Virus record (IMG/VR): IMGVR_UViG_3300036861_000572
Span: 2,042 to 66,041 of that record
Length of the DNA stretch: 64,000 nt
Source of the DNA: a virus
Taxonomy: Duplodnaviria > Caudoviricetes
Reading direction: 5' to 3' (one strand)
Shown one piece after another: positions 44,271-52,849 of the stretch. Positions within the stretch are counted from its first letter, which is position 1; each line of letters begins with the position of its first letter. The notes under the pieces were generated by a model. It saw only the letters and a program-made list of their open reading frames with translations, had not been told where the DNA came from and ran no database searches. The translations under genes were made by a program, and so were the position numbers.

Positions 44271-44842
44271 TTGGCCACCCCGCCGGGGCAGGAAGCATCG
44301 TCCAAGACGACCGGGGCCGCGTCACGGGTGGTGACGTAGACCCGGTGGCCATCGAGGTACTCAGCCGCGACCCGGAGCGTCTCGGCGTCCTCCCGGAATC
44401 GACCGAGGCCCATGTTGCAGGAGTCGCAGAGCAACCCTCTGACCTCTCCGGTGTCATGGTTGTGGTCAACGACAAGCGGTCCCAGTGGAGCCACCCGACA
44501 GATCGCGCAGCGCCCGGACTGCTCGGTAAGCAGGTCGGCGTACTGCTCTGGCGTCATGCTGTAGTTACGACGCAGCCACCGCGCACGGTGCTCAGCGGGA
44601 TCGTGGACACGTTTCGCATTGGCACGGCGACGGTTCTCGGCCAGCCGTTCCGGGTGTTCCGCTTGCCATTGACGCGCCCGATCCCGAGCACGTTGTGCAT
44701 ACTCAGGATCTGACCGGTACTTCGCGCGGCGCGTGGTCGCCATGCACGCACGGCATTTCGACCGGTGGCCATCGCGCATCCTCTTGGACCGGTAGAAGTC
44801 CATAAGCGGTTTGGCCTGCTGGCACTCCTTGCACGTCTTCAT
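44267..44842 (-). CDS. endonuclease VII-family homing endonuclease
   Basis: QSGRCAIC..LVVDHNHDTGEVRGLLC..CN.GLG.F.ED...L..A..YL. Confidence 0.92.
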   Translation of the reverse strand: MKTCKECQQAKPLMDFYRSKRMRDGHRSKCRACMATTRRAKYRSDPEYAQRARDRARQWQAEHPERLAENRRRANAKRVHDPAEHRARWLRRNYSMTPEQYADLLTEQSGRCAICRVAPLGPLVVDHNHDTGEVRGLLCDSCNMGLGRFREDAETLRVAAEYLDGHRVYVTTRDAAPVVLDDASCPGGVAK

Positions 44843-45108
44843 CGTGCACCTCCCGGGCAGAAGGTGTCCGCAATCACAACAGGCGGTGCGTCACGGGTCG
44901 AAACGAAGATCCTATGGCCATGCCCGTCGCAGTGGTGCGCGACGTTGGCGAACCAGTCGGGGAACTCGATGATCTCGACCGGGGTGGAGGTGACCTGGCC
45001 GACGTCGGCGTCGCCGCGGCCACGCACGTTGTTGTAGGAGCTGCAGCCGGCCAGTAGGGCGGCCGCGACGATGGCGAGGGCGAGGAGGATTCGTCGGGTC
45101 ATGGCCAT
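44839..45108 (-). CDS. small lipoprotein
   Basis: lipobox LAGC; FPD.F.NVA..CDG. Confidence 0.8.
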   Translation of the reverse strand: MAMTRRILLALAIVAAALLAGCSSYNNVRGRGDADVGQVTSTPVEIIEFPDWFANVAHHCDGHGHRIFVSTRDAPPVVIADTFCPGGAR

Positions 45109-45461
45109 CAGAGTGGCTCCTCGTCATCGGTGTCGTCGTCGTCATCGGGTGCGGTGATGGCGGGCTGGCTTGCGGAGTCGCGAATCATTCGGCGGGCGCT
45201 CCACGTGCTGACCGGCTCGGCCGGGGCGTCCATCGCGGCGACCAGCCGGGCGGTCTCCTCGTCGACCGCTTCCCAGGAGTAGACCGCCGAGGGGTTGAGG
45301 TGGATCGTGCGGGCCTGGTGGCCGCCCGAGGCCGGGATGTCCAGGCGGAGGAAGTCCTGCCCGGCGACCTTGACCTCGGTCAGGAACCCGGCGGCGCGCT
45401 GCCGGCCGAAAAGGTCACATACACACCATTGGCCCAGCGGCTTCGCGTCCTGCTCGATCAT
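45108..45461 (-). CDS. conserved phage hypothetical protein
   Basis: WC.CDLFGRQR.AG..TE..VAG..FLRLDIP. Confidence 0.7.
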   Translation of the reverse strand: MIEQDAKPLGQWCVCDLFGRQRAAGFLTEVKVAGQDFLRLDIPASGGHQARTIHLNPSAVYSWEAVDEETARLVAAMDAPAEPVSTWSARRMIRDSASQPAITAPDDDDDTDDEEPL

Positions 45462-45465
45462 GGCA

Positions 45466-45954
45466 TCAACCTCCGATGATCGGGCCGGCGTCCTGATCCT
45501 CATCAGCCAAAACGGCCCGGAGGCGCCCGGCCAGCTCACGCAGGGCCGGATCGCCATCGGCCTTCGGGCCGATGACCTGCTCGCACTCGCGCAGCATGCC
45601 CTCGTAGAACTCCCGGTCTTGCCGTTCGCTCGCCCAGTCCTCGGTGATGAACGGGATACGCTCGTGGCTCTCGCGGATGGCCTGGACGACCTCGGCGAGC
45701 ACCTCGACGGGCTGGTCGTGGTGGAGGTAGCCGGCGAGCGGTTCGAGGACGGCGAGCAGGTCGGCGACGTCTCCGGGCGCGTGGGCGATGAAGGAGGCGT
45801 CGCCGGGCTCGAAGACGGTGACGATCCAGCGGTCGGAGTCCACCTCGCGCTCAACGACGATCTCGGTGTTGCCGCCGAACGGGCGGGGCGGCTCTGCCCT
45901 CCACCGTCCCGGCGTCACGGCTGCTCGGCGCCGGGAGATCTCGGTGAGGTTCAT
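45466..45954 (-). CDS. Ead/Ea22-like protein
   Basis: AVTPGRW...DASFIAHAP.DV.DLL. Confidence 0.65.
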   Translation of the reverse strand: MNLTEISRRRAAVTPGRWRAEPPRPFGGNTEIVVEREVDSDRWIVTVFEPGDASFIAHAPGDVADLLAVLEPLAGYLHHDQPVEVLAEVVQAIRESHERIPFITEDWASERQDREFYEGMLRECEQVIGPKADGDPALRELAGRLRAVLADEDQDAGPIIGG

Positions 45955-46658
45955 GGTGTCCCTTTCGTGGTTGTCGTGGGTGCGGGGCAGGCACCCCACA
46001 GGCCCCACTTGTGGGCCTTCGCGTCGGCTTCCAGCTCGGCAAAGCCCTTGGCATGCAATGTGTTGGGCCGGATCGGCAGCACCCTCGCGAATCCGCCATG
46101 CAGCAGTTCAGCATTCAGCATCCGGCCGCCGGGCAGCACCTCGGGCGCGTACACGTACGCCAAGAGCCGGCCGTAGCGGTCGCGGGGCTGGTGGCCGAGG
46201 ACTAGGACCAGCCGGGTGCCGGGCGGTACCAGGTGGGCGGTCGCGGCGGCAGCCTCGGGGCCGTAGCACTGCACGGGCTTGGTGGGATGGTGGGTCTCGG
46301 GGGTGTCGACGCCGACCAGACGGACGGTCTCGGTCTTGCCGTCGACCAGGCGGGCGGCCAGGGTGTCGCCATCGACGACGCGGACGACCCAGGCGGCGCA
46401 GGTGTCGTCGGGCGCGCGGGCGCACGCCGCTGAGCTGGTGGCCGGTATCGTGGCGGTTGTGGGCGGGGAGGCGGGGAACGCGGTGGTCGGGTCGCTCCGT
46501 GTGCAGCCGGCCAGGACGAGGGTTCCCAGCAGCGCGGCCAGGGGCAGCGCCCGGCCGAACGCCCGGTAGAACGAGCGCAGGACGAACCCGCCCTGGGAGA
46601 CCAGTGCTGCCTTGGCGAACTCCTGGCCGGCCCGTTCGCCCAGTTCGGTGCAGTCCAT
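45951..46658 (-). CDS. thermonuclease (SNase) lipoprotein (start uncertain)
   Basis: LAGC lipobox; VVDGDT, VRLVGVDTPE, DRYGRLLAYV, GLW. Confidence 0.92.
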   Translation of the reverse strand: MDCTELGERAGQEFAKAALVSQGGFVLRSFYRAFGRALPLAALLGTLVLAGCTRSDPTTAFPASPPTTATIPATSSAACARAPDDTCAAWVVRVVDGDTLAARLVDGKTETVRLVGVDTPETHHPTKPVQCYGPEAAAATAHLVPPGTRLVLVLGHQPRDRYGRLLAYVYAPEVLPGGRMLNAELLHGGFARVLPIRPNTLHAKGFAELEADAKAHKWGLWGACPAPTTTTKGTP

Positions 46659-46780
46659 CTCGTCGGGGTGCAGCTCGACCGTGACCGGGACGGTGTGCTG
46701 GCGGACCAGGTCGTGCCGCTGTCCGCGGGGCTGGCCGGTCACGGGGCCGCTCCCAGGCGCCTGGTCGTCGCCGGGGCCGA

Positions 46781-46860
46781 GGGACATGGGGGCCGGCTGG
46801 CTGGACGTTCGGAACGAGGAACGAAGGAACGAACGGTAGGCCAGCCGGCCCCCATGTCCC
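46781..46860. repeat. perfect 21-bp inverted repeat with a GAAC-repeat loop
   Basis: GGGACATGGGGGCCGGCTGGC ... GCCAGCCGGCCCCCATGTCCC. Confidence 0.85.
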
Positions 46861-46872
46861 GTTGGTTGATGG

Positions 46873-47517
46873 TCATGCGGTGGCCTCTTCGCGGGTCAGG
46901 TGGTTGAGCAATTCAGCTCCGATGAAGGCGGTGTAGACGGGCGGGATGGCCTGAGAGAGCTCATCGCCGGTCATCCAGTCGATGCCCATGGCCTGGCTGC
47001 CGACGTACACGCCGACGTCGCCGGTGACCGAGACGTGCAGCCCGGCATCCCAGCAGGCCCGCCGCTTCTTCGTCGAGGTGCGGACCAGATGCGGCGGGTG
47101 GCCCGGTTGCATGACGAACCAGGACAGCTCAAACCAGCGGTGCCGGTAGGTCCGTAGCCCGAACATGGCGCCGCAGAGGTTCAGGTCCCGGCGCATCCGC
47201 GCGCCGGGGACGTTCTCGATCACGTAGGGCAGTCCGGATGCGGCCAGGCGGTCACGGGTCGCGGCGAGCATCCACCCGGTGTCGTCCTTGCCGACCAGGG
47301 CCGATAGGGGCGTGTGGTCGTGGCACGGCGGTGAGGCGTGGACGGCGTCGAACCCGTCCAGCGGGAACTCAAGGGCGTCGGCCTGGTAGAAGGCGTCGCT
47401 GCGGTACCTCGGCTGGGGCCTTATGTCGACGCCGGTGACGTGGAAGCCGGCCTGCTGGTAACCGGCCGCACTGCCTCCAGCACCACAGAAGAGATCCACG
47501 ATGCGTGGCCGGGTCAT
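46873..47517 (-). CDS. short C5-cytosine DNA methyltransferase
   Basis: DLFCGAGG, HASPPC, ENV, RHR.FE, QAIPP. Confidence 0.9.
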   Translation of the reverse strand: MTRPRIVDLFCGAGGSAAGYQQAGFHVTGVDIRPQPRYRSDAFYQADALEFPLDGFDAVHASPPCHDHTPLSALVGKDDTGWMLAATRDRLAASGLPYVIENVPGARMRRDLNLCGAMFGLRTYRHRWFELSWFVMQPGHPPHLVRTSTKKRRACWDAGLHVSVTGDVGVYVGSQAMGIDWMTGDELSQAIPPVYTAFIGAELLNHLTREEATA

Positions 47518-47684
47518 GGCCGGTACCTGTCGGGGTAGGCGCGGACCGCCGCGCGGGCCATGACGGCGTGCTGGAGGTCATGGACGTGGGCGGCGAAGTC
47601 GGCCGGGTCGATGTCGGGCAGGACGGCGCGGCAGTCGCCCAGGTACAGCTCAACCGAGTCGTCGGCGTAGTACGGGCTGGCCAT
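47514..47684 (-). pseudogene. truncated DNA methylase N-terminus fused to an unrelated C-terminus
   Basis: PYYADDSVELYLGDCRAVLP (N4/N6 MTase start) with no DPPY, joined to FAAHVHDLQHAVMAR. Confidence 0.55.
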
Positions 47685-47826
47685 CAGGCCACCGCCCAGA
47701 TAGAATCGCGGCACGGTACCGGCCCGCCGTAGAAGTGTCGGACCACGCAACGGCCCCCGCATGCCGTCCGGCCGGCGGCAGGGGGCCGTTTGGTTGCTAC
47801 GCGGCGCGGCGGGCGGTGGTGCCGTG

Positions 47827-48372
47827 CTAGCTGATGTCCTGCCAGTCCTTGCCGGTGCGTTGCATGATCCGGCCGTCGGGCAGCAGCATGACGTCGCCGT
47901 GGGCGAACGATCCCGGGATCTTCACCGTGGGCGAGGGGGTTCGCTGCGGGCGGGTGCGGCGGCCGAGGCGGCGAAGCTTTCCGTGGCCGACGACGAGCGC
48001 AGTCGCGACCGGTAGCCATCGTTCGTGGTTGATCGGCCAGTCCGCCCACCAATGGGCTGAAAAGCGCCACGAGCTGTGATGATGACGCTCGCACAAGAAG
48101 CAGAGCATCCACGGGCTTTCGTGGCCGTAACTCACCGTGGTGATGTGGTGGAGGTGCAAGGGGCCGGCGCAGCGCCAGCCGGCGGCGCAGCGGTAGCCCC
48201 TGCTGGCCGCGACCCGTTCGCGGAGGGCGTACCACTCGGGCGAGTGCCGGTAGGCGGGGCGCTTGTCGTTGGGGATGCGGCCTTTCGCCCAGGGCCAGAT
48301 GATAGTGAAGAAGACCACGGCCCAGAGGCAGTAGATCCCGAACCAGACGGCAGTCGCGCGCATATGCCGCAA
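47827..48372 (-). CDS. membrane-anchored HNH-like protein
   Basis: N-terminal TM; Y..SPEW..LR...YRC....C...LHLHH.T....HE....L..LC..HH. Confidence 0.6.
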   Translation of the reverse strand: MRHMRATAVWFGIYCLWAVVFFTIIWPWAKGRIPNDKRPAYRHSPEWYALRERVAASRGYRCAAGWRCAGPLHLHHITTVSYGHESPWMLCFLCERHHHSSWRFSAHWWADWPINHERWLPVATALVVGHGKLRRLGRRTRPQRTPSPTVKIPGSFAHGDVMLLPDGRIMQRTGKDWQDIS

Positions 48373-48396
48373 TCTTGACAGACGTGCGGGGCGGCG

Positions 48397-48738
48397 TCAC
48401 GGGGTCGCCTCCGACCACGGCAGCCGAAGGCCGTCGCCCGCAGTCCTCGGGACGATGTGCAGGTGCAGGTGGAACACACTTTGCGTGGCTACCGCGCCGA
48501 CCGAGGTGATGAGGTTGCAGGCTTCGATGCGGGAACGGTTGGCGGCGTAGTCGGCGGCGGCTTCAGCCACTTGCCCTGTCACGCTCGGGGCCTGGAGGGC
48601 GTCGGTGACGTGGTCGGTCGCTACCGCCAGTAGGTGGCCGGGTACGACGGGATGCAGCGGCTCGATGATGAGCACGTCGCCGTAGTCGGCCAGCACCGGG
48701 CCGGACCAGTCGCAGAACGGACAGGTCACGACCGCCAC
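48397..48738 (-). CDS. HIT-family hydrolase
   Basis: CPFC; PVVPGHLL; QSVFHLHLHIVPR. Confidence 0.9.
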   Translation of the reverse strand: MAVVTCPFCDWSGPVLADYGDVLIIEPLHPVVPGHLLAVATDHVTDALQAPSVTGQVAEAAADYAANRSRIEACNLITSVGAVATQSVFHLHLHIVPRTAGDGLRLPWSEATP

Positions 48739-49553
48739 CTCCAGGTCAGCTCGTGCTCGAACAGCGGTTCGGGGATGCCGTAACGGCCGGTGTCGGGCGG
48801 CGGCGTCGTCCGGGGCCGGACGGTGGCCGGCTCCGGCTCGCGTGCTGCGTCGCTGGCGGTGGGTGGGGCGGGCTGGGTCGGCGCGGCCCGGTGGGCGCGG
48901 ACCGCCTCACGGAGCTCGCTGGTGGTGTGCTCTGAGGGTTTGAGGCCGGCGCGGCGGGCGTGGATCGCCAGGTCCCGGACCAGCATGCGGTCAATGTCGT
49001 CGGGGGGGCGGGGCAGGGCGGGCGGTGGGCGGCCGGTGACGGCACGCTGGCCGTGGCGGGTGATCCAGCCCAGGCCGCGGCGGCCCAGGCCCATCGCGCG
49101 GCGGTGTTCTGCGGTCTGCTGGACCCGGCGGGTCTCGGCCGACCACGCCAGCGGGTTGGCGAGGTAGCCCAGCCGGCCGGTGACGACCCGCCAGGCGACG
49201 AACGCGGCGGCGGTGAAGGCGACGAACCGCACCGTGCGGCCGACGGCGTTGCCCACCGCGGCGGGCAGCAGCATGCCCGAGGCGAGGTTGACCCAGGTGA
49301 CGGCCGCGAACACGAACGCCAGGGCGCCGTAGAGGAGCAGGTGGCGCAGGCCGTAGCGGTGAACAACCCACATGGCCAGGATGAGCAGGACGGTGATGGC
49401 GGCGTAGGGGTTGCGGCCCAGCAGGTAGAAGCCCCACCCGGCACCGGCCCAGGTGAGCAGGGCGGCGGGTGCGCGGCGTAGCAGCACCCCGGCGACGAGG
49501 GCCAGGGCGGTCCAGGTCAGGACGCCGGCGAGGGCGGGGTCGAGGTTGGTCAC
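48726..49553 (-). CDS. polytopic membrane protein
   Basis: about five TM segments; coupled. Confidence 0.7.
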   Translation of the reverse strand: MTNLDPALAGVLTWTALALVAGVLLRRAPAALLTWAGAGWGFYLLGRNPYAAITVLLILAMWVVHRYGLRHLLLYGALAFVFAAVTWVNLASGMLLPAAVGNAVGRTVRFVAFTAAAFVAWRVVTGRLGYLANPLAWSAETRRVQQTAEHRRAMGLGRRGLGWITRHGQRAVTGRPPPALPRPPDDIDRMLVRDLAIHARRAGLKPSEHTTSELREAVRAHRAAPTQPAPPTASDAAREPEPATVRPRTTPPPDTGRYGIPEPLFEHELTWRWRS

Positions 49554-49708
49554 TTCGACGCGCCGGTGAACATGTCGGCGATGGCTTGGAAGATCTGGTG
49601 GGCGACTCCCACGCCGACGTACTTGTCGACCAGCCTCGTGACGACCACGGCCAGCACAAGGAAGGCGAAGACGTAGACGATCATCTGCCCGATGGTCATG
49701 TTCCGCAC
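49550..49708 (-). CDS. small membrane protein
   Basis: GGAGG RBS; one TM segment. Confidence 0.6.
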   Translation of the reverse strand: MRNMTIGQMIVYVFAFLVLAVVVTRLVDKYVGVGVAHQIFQAIADMFTGASK

Positions 49709-49776
49709 TGGCATTACCTCCGCTTGGGCGCGCCGATGGCGCCGTAGATTCGGGTCACGCGGGTCGTCGGCGCCCC

Positions 49777-51954
49777 CTAGTCGGCAGGGTGGGAATTGGC
49801 TGGTTGCTGGTATGGCGTCAGGTGCGCCTGGACCTCCTGCAACGTGCCGTCGGGATTCCGCCACCAGCCCCGCCCACGCGGGCCTTTGCGGGCGTGCGGG
49901 ACGGGCCGGTCCAGGGCCAGCGCGTACTCGCCGGCGTCGAGCCAGCCGGCCAGGCGCGCGTCGAAGCAGGAGCGGACGTGGCCGCCGATGGCGTCGGCGC
50001 GGGCGTCGACGGTCAGGGCCAGGACGTGGACGCCGCGCTTGCCGCCCTGGTCGAGGAATTTCTCCTCGACCAGCATGGCGGCATCACGGCGGGGGGCGTA
50101 GCTGGGCGAGGTCTTGGCGGGGATGCGCAGGACGCTGCGGGTCTCGTCGATGACCAGCAGGATCCGCGTGGTGGGCTCGACCAGGGGGTCGCGGGCGTCG
50201 TAGGCGGCTTCGACGCGGCCCAGGGTGCGGCGGATGGTGAGCTGGTCGTGGACGCTGGGGTCGATGACTTCGACCTGCCAGTGCCGCAGCCGGCGGACGT
50301 AGCCGCCGAGCCACAGCGCGAACGAGCTGTTGTGCGTCGGGATGCAGGACCGGCCAGCCAGGTAGAGGCGATTTGGCGAGTCCACCTGAATGCAGCGCAC
50401 GGGCACCGACGGCACCGGGCGGACGTCGGTGACGTAGCGCCGACGCTGCACGTCCCGGATCGCGCCGAGCTTCTGCCTGTTGAGCTTGCGGGGCAGCCGG
50501 AACACGGGCAGGTCGCTCACGAAGCTGATCCCGTACTCAGTGCCGCAGGGCTTGCCATAGAGCGTAGCCAGCGAGGTGCTCATTCGGGCCTTGATCCCAA
50601 GGCCAATGATCAGTTCGAGCACCTGTTCGGCGAGGACTTGCCTGGTGATCGAGAACCGGCAGGCGCCAGCCCCCATCGCCTGGGCGGTGCCGTCGGTGTC
50701 CATCAGGCCCTGCAGCAGCGCGAGGCGCTGCGGCACCGAGGCATGCAGGTATTGGCGAGGGATGTGCTTGTCGTTCAGGACGCCCATCAGCCGCAGCGTC
50801 TTCTGCAGGCCATAGATCCGGTAGCTCGTGGCCTTGCCGGCGTTCTGTGCCCTGGTCGGCTTGAGCACGTAGCCGGCGCTTTCGATCTCGGCGACGATCT
50901 CGGAATCGGCGGTGGTGATGATTGCGGCGCTGGAATAGCCGTCACCGAGCCAGGCGCCGAGAACGTAGGGGTCGACTGGCAGGTCAGCGGGTGGGTACTG
51001 CAACGGTGCGGTGAGGCCGATCGAGTGGTTGGCGTACCTCTTGGCGCCCTGCGGCCAGTGCAGCGTTGCGCGGATCTGTTCGGTGGTGGCCAGCGCCGGC
51101 CCGGTGCGCTTCCATGGCTGGTCGTGGTACGGGGCACGCATGGGGTTGGCGAGCACCCTGCGCCGGTCGGCTGCCGAGCGGCGCGCTGCTCGGGTCTCGG
51201 TCAGCCACTGATGCTGGGTGTCAGCGACGATCACCGAGCCGTCGTCAAATTCAACCGCGTAGCAGGACCGGTCGTGCATTGTCTCGGTTGTGGCCAGGAT
51301 GGTGCAGGGTTGGCCGCGCTCATCGAAGACCTGGCCACCGGGGGCAAGTTCGCCCATGGTGGTCCAACCAGTCGGCGTCGGGACCGGCGTGTCTAGCGCC
51401 AGCGCCTTGCCCCAGCCGGTGCGGGCGACGACGAGGCAGTGGTAGGCGGCGGTCACGTCCCAGGTGGCCGGGCCCGTGGCCGTCTCGCCGACGGGCAGGA
51501 CCCACGGCGCCAGGAACGCCGGTTCAGGGTGGGCGGGGACCTCGGGCAGCCCGGGGGCCTGGGCGATGACGACCCAGCGGGACCAGCGGCCACGGCAGCG
51601 GGTGACGGTCCATGGTCGTCCGGTGTGGTGCTCGAAGTGGCTGGCAAGGCCACCGAACCTGGATTCGTCCGGGTTGAGCCGGCAAAACGCCAGGTAGCGG
51701 ACGGGGAGGCCGCCTTCGGTGCGCGGCGAGGGCCAGACGTGGCCCTTGACCGGGGTGCGGGTCGGCAGGCCGGGCGCGACGCCGGCGCGTGCCCTGGCTT
51801 GTCTGGTCGAGTCGAACAGATGGCCTTCGTCGATGCACAGCGTCCACAGGCGGTTCCACGTCGTGACGTAGCGGACGACGGGGGGAACGAACGCGCCGGT
51901 AACCGCAGCGAGCATCAGCACGAAGGCGATGGCGACAAGGAGCGACCAGGTCAT
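49777..51954 (-). CDS. FtsK/TraB-like membrane ATPase containing an intein
   Basis: N-terminal TM; H.LVVARTGWGK|S Walker A; LLVIDE Walker B; GVHVLAL; PRGRG. Confidence 0.75.
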   Translation of the reverse strand: MTWSLLVAIAFVLMLAAVTGAFVPPVVRYVTTWNRLWTLCIDEGHLFDSTRQARARAGVAPGLPTRTPVKGHVWPSPRTEGGLPVRYLAFCRLNPDESRFGGLASHFEHHTGRPWTVTRCRGRWSRWVVIAQAPGLPEVPAHPEPAFLAPWVLPVGETATGPATWDVTAAYHCLVVARTGWGKALALDTPVPTPTGWTTMGELAPGGQVFDERGQPCTILATTETMHDRSCYAVEFDDGSVIVADTQHQWLTETRAARRSAADRRRVLANPMRAPYHDQPWKRTGPALATTEQIRATLHWPQGAKRYANHSIGLTAPLQYPPADLPVDPYVLGAWLGDGYSSAAIITTADSEIVAEIESAGYVLKPTRAQNAGKATSYRIYGLQKTLRLMGVLNDKHIPRQYLHASVPQRLALLQGLMDTDGTAQAMGAGACRFSITRQVLAEQVLELIIGLGIKARMSTSLATLYGKPCGTEYGISFVSDLPVFRLPRKLNRQKLGAIRDVQRRRYVTDVRPVPSVPVRCIQVDSPNRLYLAGRSCIPTHNSSFALWLGGYVRRLRHWQVEVIDPSVHDQLTIRRTLGRVEAAYDARDPLVEPTTRILLVIDETRSVLRIPAKTSPSYAPRRDAAMLVEEKFLDQGGKRGVHVLALTVDARADAIGGHVRSCFDARLAGWLDAGEYALALDRPVPHARKGPRGRGWWRNPDGTLQEVQAHLTPYQQPANSHPAD
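50329..51405 (-). mobile_element. class-3 (WCT) intein with LAGLIDADG endonuclease, 359 aa
   Basis: Ala1 ALALDTPV; HQW; VRCI; PTHN|S; LLQGLMDTDG. Confidence 0.92.
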
Positions 51955-52532
51955 GGCCGTCGTTCCTTCGGGAGGAACCGGCCCGTCGCGGGGTCGCGGG
52001 GCAGGTTGCGAGCGTGGTCGTAGGCCTCCGGCCTGCGGTTGCGGTTGCCGGCGTACGCCTCGGGTCCCCGGTTGCGGTTCTGCTCGCTCCAGGTCGCCCA
52101 GCGGCAATTGCTCGGCTCGTAGTTACCGTTGCCGTTGATCCGGTCGAGCGTGTGCTTGGAGGTCGGCTTCGGCCCCATGTCGGCGAGGAAATTGGCGAAC
52201 GATCGCCACCGCTCGCAGACGGTGATGCCGCGACCGCCGTAGTAGGGGTAGCTGATGTGGGTCGGGAGCGTGCATCGGTCCAGCATGCCGCGCCATGCCC
52301 GGTGCTCGGGCGTGCGGGACTTGCCGTGCGTTCTGCGCCTCGCACCGGTGATCTCCCGTTGCAGGCAGCCGCAGGATCGCGTCTTACCCGTCACGAGCTG
52401 GGCGACGCGAACTCGGACTTCGACACCGCAGTCGCACCGGCACGGCACCTGGAACGTCGCCGCCGTTCCGTTGGCCAGTGCGAGCAGCCGTCCGTACTTC
52501 GTGCCCGCGTTGACCGGGGTACGCTCAGCCAC
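51951..52532 (-). CDS. HNH-type homing endonuclease (CxCDCG/SCGC family)
   Basis: CRCDCG, TRSCGC, YGGRGITVCERW, LDRINGNGNYEPSNCRWAT..EQ..N. Confidence 0.9.
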   Translation of the reverse strand: MAERTPVNAGTKYGRLLALANGTAATFQVPCRCDCGVEVRVRVAQLVTGKTRSCGCLQREITGARRRTHGKSRTPEHRAWRGMLDRCTLPTHISYPYYGGRGITVCERWRSFANFLADMGPKPTSKHTLDRINGNGNYEPSNCRWATWSEQNRNRGPEAYAGNRNRRPEAYDHARNLPRDPATGRFLPKERRP

Positions 52533-52614
52533 GCCATCGCCTCCTGTCAGGTGGTGGCCGGGCCCGGGGCGTCGCAAGCGCCGCCGGGCCGTTACATGAC
52601 GGTATTTTACCAGG

Positions 52615-52773
52615 TCAGAGGGCATATTCCGAATCCGTGTTCGAGAGACCAAACGAGACGGCGAGGGTCCAGACCCGGATCCAGGCCTTGACCCAGTGGA
52701 CCAGGGGCACACCGAAGGTGAGCGCGGCGGCGACCACGCAGCCGGCCAGGCTGGCGACGAGGACGGCGGTCAT
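52615..52773 (-). pseudogene. orphaned N-terminus of the FtsK-like gene
   Basis: TM followed by PLVHWVKAWIRVWTLAVSFG, versus PPVVRYVTTWNRLWTLCIDEG; stops inside the cassette left end. Confidence 0.55.
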
Positions 52774-52849
52774 GTGGTCCGCCCCCCGGTGAGCCAGCCC
52801 ACCAGCCGGGCGATGAGCAGCCAGACCAGTAGCCAGGCGAGGTAGCCGG

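Noticed and set aside
43837-44842. Complete arbitrium system
   Set aside because: No AimR-like TPR/HTH receptor is adjacent; only the propeptide-like ORF is supported.
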